Positions 40,053 to 48,056 of a stretch of DNA of 58,507 nucleotides are shown here, one piece after another. The notes under the pieces are model-generated. The model did not search any database, was not told where the DNA came from, and saw only the letters and a list, made by a program, of their open reading frames with translations. This DNA is from an uncultured Candidatus Saccharibacteria bacterium (lineage in GTDB: Bacteria > Patescibacteriota > Saccharimonadia > Saccharimonadales > Saccharimonadaceae), in the NCBI GenBank assembly GCA_965242265.1, contig CBDERS010000043.1, forward strand, positions 1 through 58,507, written 5' to 3'. The stretch's first letter is position 1. Each line of letters begins with the position of its first letter. The position numbers were made by a program, and so were the translations under genes.

Positions 40053-40886
40053 ATGCAGCCAAACACGAATCAACCGATACCGAATCAACCTCAGCCTAGT
40101 GCTAGAGGTGGGGTTAGTATGCCTCAGACGGTTAAGCCCAAGCATCCTAATTCCACCCAGAATGCCTTGAGGTTTAGTGAACTGAGAGATGATATGGTGA
40201 TCATGAGTGACGGGTCCTTCCGAGCGGTGGTAGCGGCTCATTCCATCAACTTTGACTTGGTTAGTGCTAAGGAGCGTGAGAGTATCGAGTATGCCTACCA
40301 GGACTTCATTAATGCTCTTAACTTCCCGATTCAGATCTATATTCGTTCGGAGCGGGTTGATATCGGTCCATATCTAAATAAGCTCTCTCAGGTGCGTCAA
40401 CGCCAAGACAACATGCTCCTCGGCGTCTTAATGGATGATTACATCCGGTTTATTAACGCCATCTCCAAGGAAGCGAACATCATGGATAAGAGCTTCTTTG
40501 TGATCATCCCTTATGACACTAGTGAGGGTAAGCAGCGGATCGGTGACTCATCCAGTAATAAGGGGCTCATCGCTAAGATGTTCAGTAGTAATGATACCCA
40601 TATCTATGTCAAGATTCCGGCTGATCAATATGCCAAGGCGAAGAGTGAGCTTAATAACCGAGTGACGGCAGTGATCGGTGGGTTACGCCAGACCGGTGTT
40701 AAGTCGGTCCGATTAAATACTAAGGAACTGGGTGAGCTTTATTATAATGTCTATAACCCCGACACCGCTCTACGTCAGCCGATCGGTGATTTTCGACAGT
40801 ATCTGGGCGACGTAGTTCAGAAAGGTCAGGGCGAAGCTAAACTTAATCTAGTAGGTACGATGTACGATGAGCAAAGACCGGAATAA
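40053..40886 (+). CDS. T4SS protein resembling the N-terminal domain of VirB4/TraE
   Basis: DDMVIMSDG..AV....SINFDL.S..E...I...Y..FINAL.FPIQI.IRS pattern; overlaps the ATPase gene. Confidence 0.7.
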   Translation: MQPNTNQPIPNQPQPSARGGVSMPQTVKPKHPNSTQNALRFSELRDDMVIMSDGSFRAVVAAHSINFDLVSAKERESIEYAYQDFINALNFPIQIYIRSERVDIGPYLNKLSQVRQRQDNMLLGVLMDDYIRFINAISKEANIMDKSFFVIIPYDTSEGKQRIGDSSSNKGLIAKMFSSNDTHIYVKIPADQYAKAKSELNNRVTAVIGGLRQTGVKSVRLNTKELGELYYNVYNPDTALRQPIGDFRQYLGDVVQKGQGEAKLNLVGTMYDEQRPE

Positions 40887-42711
40887 GAAGAAAGCCCAGC
40901 AGCAACAGGCTAGCCTGTTAGCTCAGCAACAGGCTCGAGAAGCCTCCGAAGTAGAAAGTGTCCTGCAAAAAGGCATCACTACTCTACGTGATTTAGTAGC
41001 TCCGGCTAGCCTGGAGTTCAAGTCAAATTATTTCAACCTAGGTACTCGTTTCTGCCGGACTCTCTACGTCTACGGTTATCCCCGGTCTATTTATACCGGC
41101 TGGCTGTCATCAATCATTAATCTTGACGAAGTCCTGGATATCTCGATGTTTATCTATCCGGTTGATTCCCGAGTGGTCATGGAGAACCTACAGCGCAAGG
41201 TGACTCAGCTTGAGGCGTCGATGCAGATCAATGCCGAGAAAGGCATGGTGCGTGATCCGGCCATGCAGGCATCGTACCAAGATGCGGAAGAGCTGCGAGA
41301 TAAGCTTCAGGTAGGGTCAGAGAAGTTCTTCCGCTTCGGCTTGTACTTAACACTGTCGTGTAAGAGTGAGAGTGAGCTTGCCTTCGTCACTCATAAGATC
41401 GAGACTCTACTGGGCCAGCAGATGGTGCTGACCAAGGTGGCTAGCGCCCAGCAGGAGCAGGGTCTTAACTCGACCGTACCACAGTTTACTGACGACTTAC
41501 AGATCCGTCATAACATGGACACCGGTGCTCTATCGACTACCTTCCCCTTCACTTCGGCCGACTTGACTCAGGATAATGGTATCTTTTACGGAGTTAATCT
41601 TCATAACAACGGTCTGATCATCTTTGATCGGTTCAGCTTAGAGAATTACAACATGGTCGTCTTCGCTAAATCCGGCTCAGGTAAGTCATTCACTGTCAAA
41701 CTGGAGGCGCTCCGGTCAATGATGATGGGAGTAGATATCATCATTATCGACCCGGAGAATGAGTATCAGAAGCTCTGCGAGGCGGTTGGCGGCTCATATA
41801 TCCGTTTGTCACTCAGCAGTGAGACCAGGGTCAATCCCTTTGACCTGCCTCGAGTAATCGATCAAGATGACGTTAATGCCGGTGATGAAGTCGATGCTCT
41901 CCGGGCTAACCTGATTACTCTACACGGCTTGCTGCGTCAGATGCTGGGCTCAAGCCAGGTAGCTTCAGATGGTACGGTAGTTAATATCTTAACTCCTAGG
42001 GAAGAGGCTGATCTCGACCAGGCTCTGATCGATACTTATGCTCGAGCCGGTATTACCTCCGACCCGCTAACCCAGAACTCTACCCCGCCTATCATGTCTG
42101 ACTTGATGGACACTCTGCTCCATATGGGCGGTACCGGTCCGGAGCTGGCTCAACGCCTGCGTCAATATACGACAGGGACATTTGCCGGTATCTTTTCACA
42201 GCAGAGTAACGTGGCGATCAATAACCACATGGTAGTCTTTAATATCCGTGATCTTGAGGATGAGCTCAGGCCGGTGGCGATGTATATCGTACTGAACCAT
42301 ATCTGGGGTAAAGTACGTTCAGACCAGCGCAAACGCTTCCTGATCGTTGATGAGGCATGGCAGCTGATGAAATACCCCGACAGTGCTAACTTCATGTTCT
42401 CACTGGCTAAGCGAGCTCGTAAGTACAACCTCGGCTTGACTACAGTGACTCAGGATGTGGGCGACTTCATCACTTCACCGATGGGTCAGGCGATCGTCGC
42501 TAACTCATCGATCCAGATCTTACTGAAGCAATCACCGACAGCCATAGATGTCTTAGGGCGAGTCTTTAAGTTAACGGAAGAGGAGTTAAAGCGGCTATCA
42601 AACTTCTCGGTCGGGCAGGGTCTCTTCTTTGCCGGGCAGAACCATGTGATGATTCAGATCTTACCTTCAGAGACAGAAACCCGTCTAATCTCGACCACTC
42701 CCAATCAATAA
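40867..42711 (+). CDS. VirB4/TraE-like T4SS ATPase
   Basis: Walker A AKSGSGKS, IIDPENEY, NPFD, IVDEAW, KRARKY...TQD. Confidence 0.92.
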   Translation: MSKDRNKKKAQQQQASLLAQQQAREASEVESVLQKGITTLRDLVAPASLEFKSNYFNLGTRFCRTLYVYGYPRSIYTGWLSSIINLDEVLDISMFIYPVDSRVVMENLQRKVTQLEASMQINAEKGMVRDPAMQASYQDAEELRDKLQVGSEKFFRFGLYLTLSCKSESELAFVTHKIETLLGQQMVLTKVASAQQEQGLNSTVPQFTDDLQIRHNMDTGALSTTFPFTSADLTQDNGIFYGVNLHNNGLIIFDRFSLENYNMVVFAKSGSGKSFTVKLEALRSMMMGVDIIIIDPENEYQKLCEAVGGSYIRLSLSSETRVNPFDLPRVIDQDDVNAGDEVDALRANLITLHGLLRQMLGSSQVASDGTVVNILTPREEADLDQALIDTYARAGITSDPLTQNSTPPIMSDLMDTLLHMGGTGPELAQRLRQYTTGTFAGIFSQQSNVAINNHMVVFNIRDLEDELRPVAMYIVLNHIWGKVRSDQRKRFLIVDEAWQLMKYPDSANFMFSLAKRARKYNLGLTTVTQDVGDFITSPMGQAIVANSSIQILLKQSPTAIDVLGRVFKLTEEELKRLSNFSVGQGLFFAGQNHVMIQILPSETETRLISTTPNQ

Positions 42712-42714
42712 GCT

Positions 42715-43644
42715 ATGGATGGTATCAAACGTATCGTCGTCGTCTTTTCCCACCACTCGACCAAGGCGAAACGCTATCAGCAGGTGCGTGATCGACTGGT
42801 CGCTACCGGTCAAGAGCTTGGCTGGGGGCTGCAGGAGGTTTGTCTGGACAATATCCCCTATCACCAAGTGATTGAGCGGTTATCTCCGGAGCTGCTGGAC
42901 GGTGACCTGGTTGTTGCGGCGGGAGGCGACGGCATCGCTCAGGTGACTTTTCAGGCGGTTTATCAGGCTAACCGGGCAATTGTCTACGGTACTATCCCGT
43001 TGGGTAACGGTAATGATATCTCTCGAGCTTTTAATGGTCATCACCGTTCAGCTCGGGCGATCCTTAATCAGTCGGTAGTTGATTACCATCCGCTGAATAT
43101 CGTTGTAGACGGAAGGCTCACTTTCTCACTAGCTTCTTATGTCACTTTCGGGGCGACGACCGTCCTGGTTGATTGTCTTAATCAGACCCCGATCAGACGA
43201 GCTCGTCGGACACTTCGACGTTTATCACCGGCTGCTTCCCTGCCGCTCAATCAGTTAGGAAAAATATCTCGTCGGATTGACCGACTGGAGTTCCCTGATT
43301 TTTACCGAGACGGGCGACTAATGCGGGATGATTCGATCGGTTTTTTCACCATTTCGGCCGCCCATAATGTTTTACGTCTGCCTAAAGATATCAGGCTGGC
43401 TCGTTCGGAGTTCTTTTTTCATCACGCTATGACCAAGGGAAAAAATCTGGGACAAAAGATCTTGATGGCCGGTCTCTGGACAGCTAAGTTGCCGGGTGTC
43501 CTGACTGACCTGGAAGAGCTGAAGTTCACTGATAACCGAGTAGATATCACCGCTAATATCTCCGGTGACAATATCAACCTCGGTCCGGTCAAAGAGATAG
43601 TGGCGATTCGCTCGTCTCGTCCGGTACGAGTCTTATTTAACTAA
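42715..43644 (+). CDS. diacylglycerol kinase family protein
   Basis: AAGGDG and IPLGNGND motifs. Confidence 0.8.
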   Translation: MDGIKRIVVVFSHHSTKAKRYQQVRDRLVATGQELGWGLQEVCLDNIPYHQVIERLSPELLDGDLVVAAGGDGIAQVTFQAVYQANRAIVYGTIPLGNGNDISRAFNGHHRSARAILNQSVVDYHPLNIVVDGRLTFSLASYVTFGATTVLVDCLNQTPIRRARRTLRRLSPAASLPLNQLGKISRRIDRLEFPDFYRDGRLMRDDSIGFFTISAAHNVLRLPKDIRLARSEFFFHHAMTKGKNLGQKILMAGLWTAKLPGVLTDLEELKFTDNRVDITANISGDNINLGPVKEIVAIRSSRPVRVLFN

Positions 43645-44685
43645 TTCCTGCTTAAACTTCTCTACCAGTGCTACCGGGGTCGGGTCAACACCGTTAAGGA
43701 AGGCTAGGTAGATACTGGCCATATCACCTAAGATGGCGCCATTAAGTACCTGCTCGATATAGCTCTGACCTGCTAGAGCAAGGTTGTGTGCTTGGGGGCG
43801 GAAACCGGATAAGAGGCGGTCAGTTAGGTCAAGCCGCCGATTGATCCTGGGATTATCAAGATTACTCCTCAGATTGATCACACAGAAAGGCTTATCGATC
43901 GGGTGAGAAGTCCAGCCGATGAACTCATTATGATTGAACTCAGGAAACTCATTACACCAGATGATATTCTTAGCATTTTCGTTAAAGCTGGTCTTCCACT
44001 TGTAGGCTAAGGGGCTAAAGAGGTGGCTGGTATAGACCAAGGGGGTTTTACCGGCGCAATCAAGGGCTAGCTTCTTAGCCGGGTTATGCTCAGTAGCCAC
44101 CTCGGGAGTCAACGACTGAGCGAACTGTCGGACATCTTCAGCTGAGCTCACCAGTTGAGTGACCGGCTGATGATCTATCACCCGGTAAGCCTCTAAGATG
44201 CCGGCGATAGCCAGCAAGTGCATCGGTACGCCATAGCGAGGCTGACTGATCTTGTCCAGCCGGATATACGGTAGATGCTGCGCTATAGCGAGCTCCAGCA
44301 ACTTACCACCACTGGTGATAACGGTCGTCATCGCCCCTTTATTCTGAGCGTCAGTCAACGAACTGATCGTCTCTTCGGTATTACCGCTGACACTGACACA
44401 AATAACTAAGGAGTGACTATCGGTGTAAGCGGGTAGCTGATAGTCTCGACTTACCTCCAGCGGTACACTGAGCCGATAATCATGATCCAGCCAAGTCTGA
44501 CAGATTAGCCCGGCTAAGCACGAGCCGCCCATGCCGCTGATAATGATATTCCTGACTTCGCCGTGTTCTCCTACCTCGTGGTGCAGCTCGGGCTGAAAAC
44601 TGAGCTGATCGGCCGAATTGCTGATGACGGTCAGGGCTTGCTCCGGGTCGGCTTGTTTGATCTGATCGATATTATCTAGGTTCAT
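43633..44685 (-). CDS. bifunctional phosphoglucose/phosphomannose isomerase (SIS family)
   Basis: GMGGS, SVSGNTEET, QPR, KWKTSFNENAK, PEFNHNE, VDPTPV. Confidence 0.92.
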   Translation of the reverse strand: MNLDNIDQIKQADPEQALTVISNSADQLSFQPELHHEVGEHGEVRNIIISGMGGSCLAGLICQTWLDHDYRLSVPLEVSRDYQLPAYTDSHSLVICVSVSGNTEETISSLTDAQNKGAMTTVITSGGKLLELAIAQHLPYIRLDKISQPRYGVPMHLLAIAGILEAYRVIDHQPVTQLVSSAEDVRQFAQSLTPEVATEHNPAKKLALDCAGKTPLVYTSHLFSPLAYKWKTSFNENAKNIIWCNEFPEFNHNEFIGWTSHPIDKPFCVINLRSNLDNPRINRRLDLTDRLLSGFRPQAHNLALAGQSYIEQVLNGAILGDMASIYLAFLNGVDPTPVALVEKFKQELVK

Positions 44686-44759
44686 ATACCTCTTTTCTTG
44701 TTTGTTATGACTCTTATGCTATAATTATACTACTTTTATAACTAAAAACAGGTGGGAGT

Positions 44760-45302
44760 ATGCAGAATCAATCGGGTGTTAATGATGAAGAGCTAAATAA
44801 GATGATCGCCAGCTTGCGGCAGGAGCAGCAGGCTAGTGCACCGGCCAATCAAGTGGTGAACCAGCCGGCGGCTCAACCGGCTAAGTCAACTCCGGCCGCT
44901 TCGGCTAAACCGGCCGGTAAATCCGCTCCGGCTCAGTCCGCTGACCCTATCTTGACTGATGTCTTAGCTCAGCCCGCTAAGCCGGCTAAGACGAAGTCTG
45001 AGCCTACTCCTGCTACCCCACCGAATGTTAATCCACTAGGCCATAATGTCGATAACGGAGCACTTGGTGATATTCGTCTGCAAGTTATCTCAGAGTTGCG
45101 ACCACTGGTAAATAGGCTGGATTTCTTGGCGCCGGCTGATAAGTTTGATACTCTCCTGCTGCTGATTCGGACGATCGATGATAGTTCGCTCATCCCGATG
45201 GCGCATCAGGCTGCTATGGCTATTCCTGATGAAGTGAAGAGAGCCCAGGCACTCCTGGATATCTTAAAAGAGATCGATTTCTTCACTCAGAAAAGGGGCT
45301 AG
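44760..45302 (+). CDS. hypothetical protein with Pro/Ala-rich linker and helical C-terminal domain
   Basis: TGCTATAAT at 44717-44725, GGGAG SD, terminator downstream. Confidence 0.8.
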   Translation: MQNQSGVNDEELNKMIASLRQEQQASAPANQVVNQPAAQPAKSTPAASAKPAGKSAPAQSADPILTDVLAQPAKPAKTKSEPTPATPPNVNPLGHNVDNGALGDIRLQVISELRPLVNRLDFLAPADKFDTLLLLIRTIDDSSLIPMAHQAAMAIPDEVKRAQALLDILKEIDFFTQKRG

Positions 45303-45342
45303 TTCTACTCCTCTGAGACTTAGCTTGACCTATCCTAAATTA

Positions 45343-45371
45343 ATATAGCCCGAGTGTGACTCGGGCTATAT
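45343..45371. terminator. bidirectional hairpin between convergent genes
   Basis: ATATAGCCCGAGT-GTG-ACTCGGGCTATAT, 13-bp perfect stem. Confidence 0.75.
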
Positions 45372-45399
45372 AGCTTAGAGAACGTACCGGCTAGTTAAT

Positions 45400-47025
45400 C
45401 TAGTAGCCCATTCCCATGCCGGGATTACCGGCTGCTTCGGTGGTCGGCTTCTCGGGGATATCTACTACCAGCGCCCCCATAGTCATGGCAGTACTGGCGA
45501 TCGAAACGGCGTTCTGGATCGCTTGGTAAGTAACCATCGCCGGGTCAACCACTCCGGCTTTCTTTAGGTCAATCAGCTTGCCTTGGTAGTTCGCTACGTC
45601 GACACCATAGCCGGGCTTAGCCTCTTGTACCTGAGCTAAGAGTGCTTCGGCGTTCAAGCCGGCGTTAGTAGCCAGCTGCTTAAAAGGCATCAGCAGAGCA
45701 TTGCGCATGATCTCCGCTCCGGCACTATCGCCGGTAATCTTGCCGGCTAAGTTGATCGGGGTTACTCCACCGCCCGGTACTATTCCTTCCAGCAAGGCTG
45801 CCTTGACGGCTGCCACGGCGTCATCTACCCGATATTTCTTCTCGTCAATCTCAGTCTCGGTTGCTCCACCGACCTTAATTACGGCGACTTTACCGCTGAG
45901 GGCGGCGGCTCGCTTATCCAGCTGTTCTCGATCATAATCTGAGGTAGCGATATTGGCTTGAGACTTGATCTGGTCAATACGTTGGCTAATGGTAGTCTTA
46001 TCACCGGCTCCTTCGATGATTGTAGTATTATCCTTAGCGACAATCACCTTGCGGGCTGAGCCGACTACCTCTAGTCCGACGTTATCAAAGGTCATGCCTT
46101 GATCGGAAGTAATGACGCTAGCTCCGGTTAATGTGGCGATATCTTGCAAGACTTCCTTGCGCCGATCGCCAAAGGACGGCGCCTTGACGGCGACGGTATT
46201 GAGAGCTCCTTTAAGTCGGTTAAGGATAAGGATACCCAGTGCTTCGCCCTCAACATCTTCGGCGATCAGCACGATATCTTTCTTGCCGGAGGCAACCAGC
46301 TTTTCCATTAGCGGTAGCATTTCTTGAGCTGAGCTAATCTTCTTGTCGGTGATGATGATAGCCGGCTTGTCATAGACGGCTTCCATTCTATTGGTATCAG
46401 TCGCCATATAGGCCGAGACATAGCCTCGGTCAAAGGTGAAGCCTTCGGTGATTTCCGACTCCATAGCTAGACCCTGACCGGCCTCGACACTGACTACCCC
46501 ATCTTTACCGATACGAGAGATAACGCTGGCGATCAACTTACCGATCTCGGTGTCACCGGCGCTGATACTGGCTACCTCGGTGATGAGATCGTTCTTACCA
46601 TCGACCGGCTCGGCGATCTTATTAAGCTCACTTAGTACCTGAGCACCGGCCTTTTCGACACCCTTGCGCAGCTCCATCGGATTATGTCCGGCGGCGATCA
46701 GCCGATTAGCCTCTTTTAAGATTTCATAGGTCAGGACGGTCACGGTGGTGGTGCCATCACCGGCAGCCTTGTTCATCTTCTTAGCTGCCTGTTTGATTAG
46801 CTCGGCGCCAACCTTCTCGCCCAGATTATCCTCATTTTCCGGCAGGTCGATCGCCTCGGCGACGGTGACACCATCATGGGTGACATTCGGTCCACCGTAG
46901 GACTTACTGATGACTACATTACGCCCTTTCGGCCCCATAGTAGTCTTGACTGCATCGGCCAAGGTCTTAGCACCAGCGAGGACTTTCTCTCTCGCTTCAT
47001 CACCATAGAATACTTGCTTTGCCAT
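45400..47025 (-). CDS. groL: chaperonin GroEL
   Basis: TMGPKGRNV, AGDGTTT, FDRGY, KVGGATE, GIVPGGG, GMGMG tail. Confidence 0.99.
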   Translation of the reverse strand: MAKQVFYGDEAREKVLAGAKTLADAVKTTMGPKGRNVVISKSYGGPNVTHDGVTVAEAIDLPENEDNLGEKVGAELIKQAAKKMNKAAGDGTTTVTVLTYEILKEANRLIAAGHNPMELRKGVEKAGAQVLSELNKIAEPVDGKNDLITEVASISAGDTEIGKLIASVISRIGKDGVVSVEAGQGLAMESEITEGFTFDRGYVSAYMATDTNRMEAVYDKPAIIITDKKISSAQEMLPLMEKLVASGKKDIVLIAEDVEGEALGILILNRLKGALNTVAVKAPSFGDRRKEVLQDIATLTGASVITSDQGMTFDNVGLEVVGSARKVIVAKDNTTIIEGAGDKTTISQRIDQIKSQANIATSDYDREQLDKRAAALSGKVAVIKVGGATETEIDEKKYRVDDAVAAVKAALLEGIVPGGGVTPINLAGKITGDSAGAEIMRNALLMPFKQLATNAGLNAEALLAQVQEAKPGYGVDVANYQGKLIDLKKAGVVDPAMVTYQAIQNAVSIASTAMTMGALVVDIPEKPTTEAAGNPGMGMGY

Positions 47026-47301
47026 TTATTTCTCCTTTACTATCGCTAGGACATCTTCTTCTTTGACGATCAGGTACTCGACTCCATCTACCTTGATATC
47101 ACTGGTCGAGTACTCTCGCACTACGATTCGCTCTCCTGTCTTGATCTCTTTGACATCCTGACCGACTGCTACTACCTTAGCGATCTGCGACTTCTCCTTG
47201 GTATCAGCTGGTAGGTATAGTCCGGTAGCTGTCTTAGTGGCGGCTTCTTCCCGCATAGCGACTAAGCGATCAGCTAATGGACGAAGTGGAACGTTACTCA
47301 T
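47026..47301 (-). CDS. groS: co-chaperonin GroES
   Basis: LRPLADR, TATGLYLP, VVAVG, EEDVLA. Confidence 0.97.
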   Translation of the reverse strand: MSNVPLRPLADRLVAMREEAATKTATGLYLPADTKEKSQIAKVVAVGQDVKEIKTGERIVVREYSTSDIKVDGVEYLIVKEEDVLAIVKEK

Positions 47302-47350
47302 TTACTCCTCCTTATCATATTGACCGATATAGTTAATATAGCGCAGATAG

Positions 47351-47377
47351 TTAGCACTTGCAAGCCTAGAGTGCCAG
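47351..47377 (-). promoter_or_regulatory. CIRCE (HrcA operator) overlapping the groESL -35 element
   Basis: TTAGCACTT-N9-GAGTGCCAG versus consensus TTAGCACTC-N9-GAGTGCTAA; minus-strand TTGCAA-17-TATATT promoter. Confidence 0.85.
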
Positions 47378-47405
47378 AAAGAGTTTATGATTATCTGGTA
47401 GCTAG

Positions 47406-48056
47406 TTAATAGCCTCGCCGCTCGCTCTTGATCCTGTCGTTACAGTTAAAGTCACCATAGATTAGCTGTGACCTATCGAGGCAGAGGATTAGTGTAGTGT
47501 AGTCGTATAGCCCTGAAGTCTCGGCGGGCAAAGGTGAGTAGCTGTCTTTTACCTGGTAAGACTGCTTGACCTTAGGCAAGTCGATGATGAAGTCTGTCTG
47601 GTAGATCAGCTTATCGGCGTTAGTCATGGTCTGACGATAGCTATTCTTGCGGATGACAATATCGCCGTGATCGCCTGACACCTTATTAAGCCTGAGAGTA
47701 TAGCCGATCTGACGCTGAATGTTTAATATTTCTTCCCTGGGTAGATTCTGGGCGACTTGGTCAAGCTTCTTGACCGGGTAGTCCTCGGGGGTAATCTCAT
47801 TGCTATTACTGCTACGGCTACCTGATGTGCCGGATGAGCCGGAACGGGAGCCGGAGTGAGACGAACTGGAGGAACTACCGCCGGTATCACCACCTGTACC
47901 GGTGATCTTAGTACCACGGATAGTGTTAGTACCACCACTCCCGGTATTAGCTTGGTCTCGTTTATTACCACCCAGCACTGTGGCTATGATGATGATAACC
48001 ATGATCACTACCATCGCCACTGCGGCTATCAGGTATAGCTTACGCTTGTCAGGCAC
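47406..48056 (-). CDS. membrane-anchored hypothetical protein with Ser/Gly linker
   Basis: GTG start overlapping the VirB6-like stop codon, TM, SG-rich linker, C-terminal C..(10)..C. Confidence 0.8.
   Translation of the reverse strand: MPDKRKLYLIAAVAMVVIMVIIIIATVLGGNKRDQANTGSGGTNTIRGTKITGTGGDTGGSSSSSSHSGSRSGSSGTSGSRSSNSNEITPEDYPVKKLDQVAQNLPREEILNIQRQIGYTLRLNKVSGDHGDIVIRKNSYRQTMTNADKLIYQTDFIIDLPKVKQSYQVKDSYSPLPAETSGLYDYTTLILCLDRSQLIYGDFNCNDRIKSERRGY

Noticed and set aside
40043..40058. GTGGGAGTAT(AT)GCAG shared with the start of the gene at 44760
   Set aside because: Two short instances, explained by an SD plus Met-Gln starts
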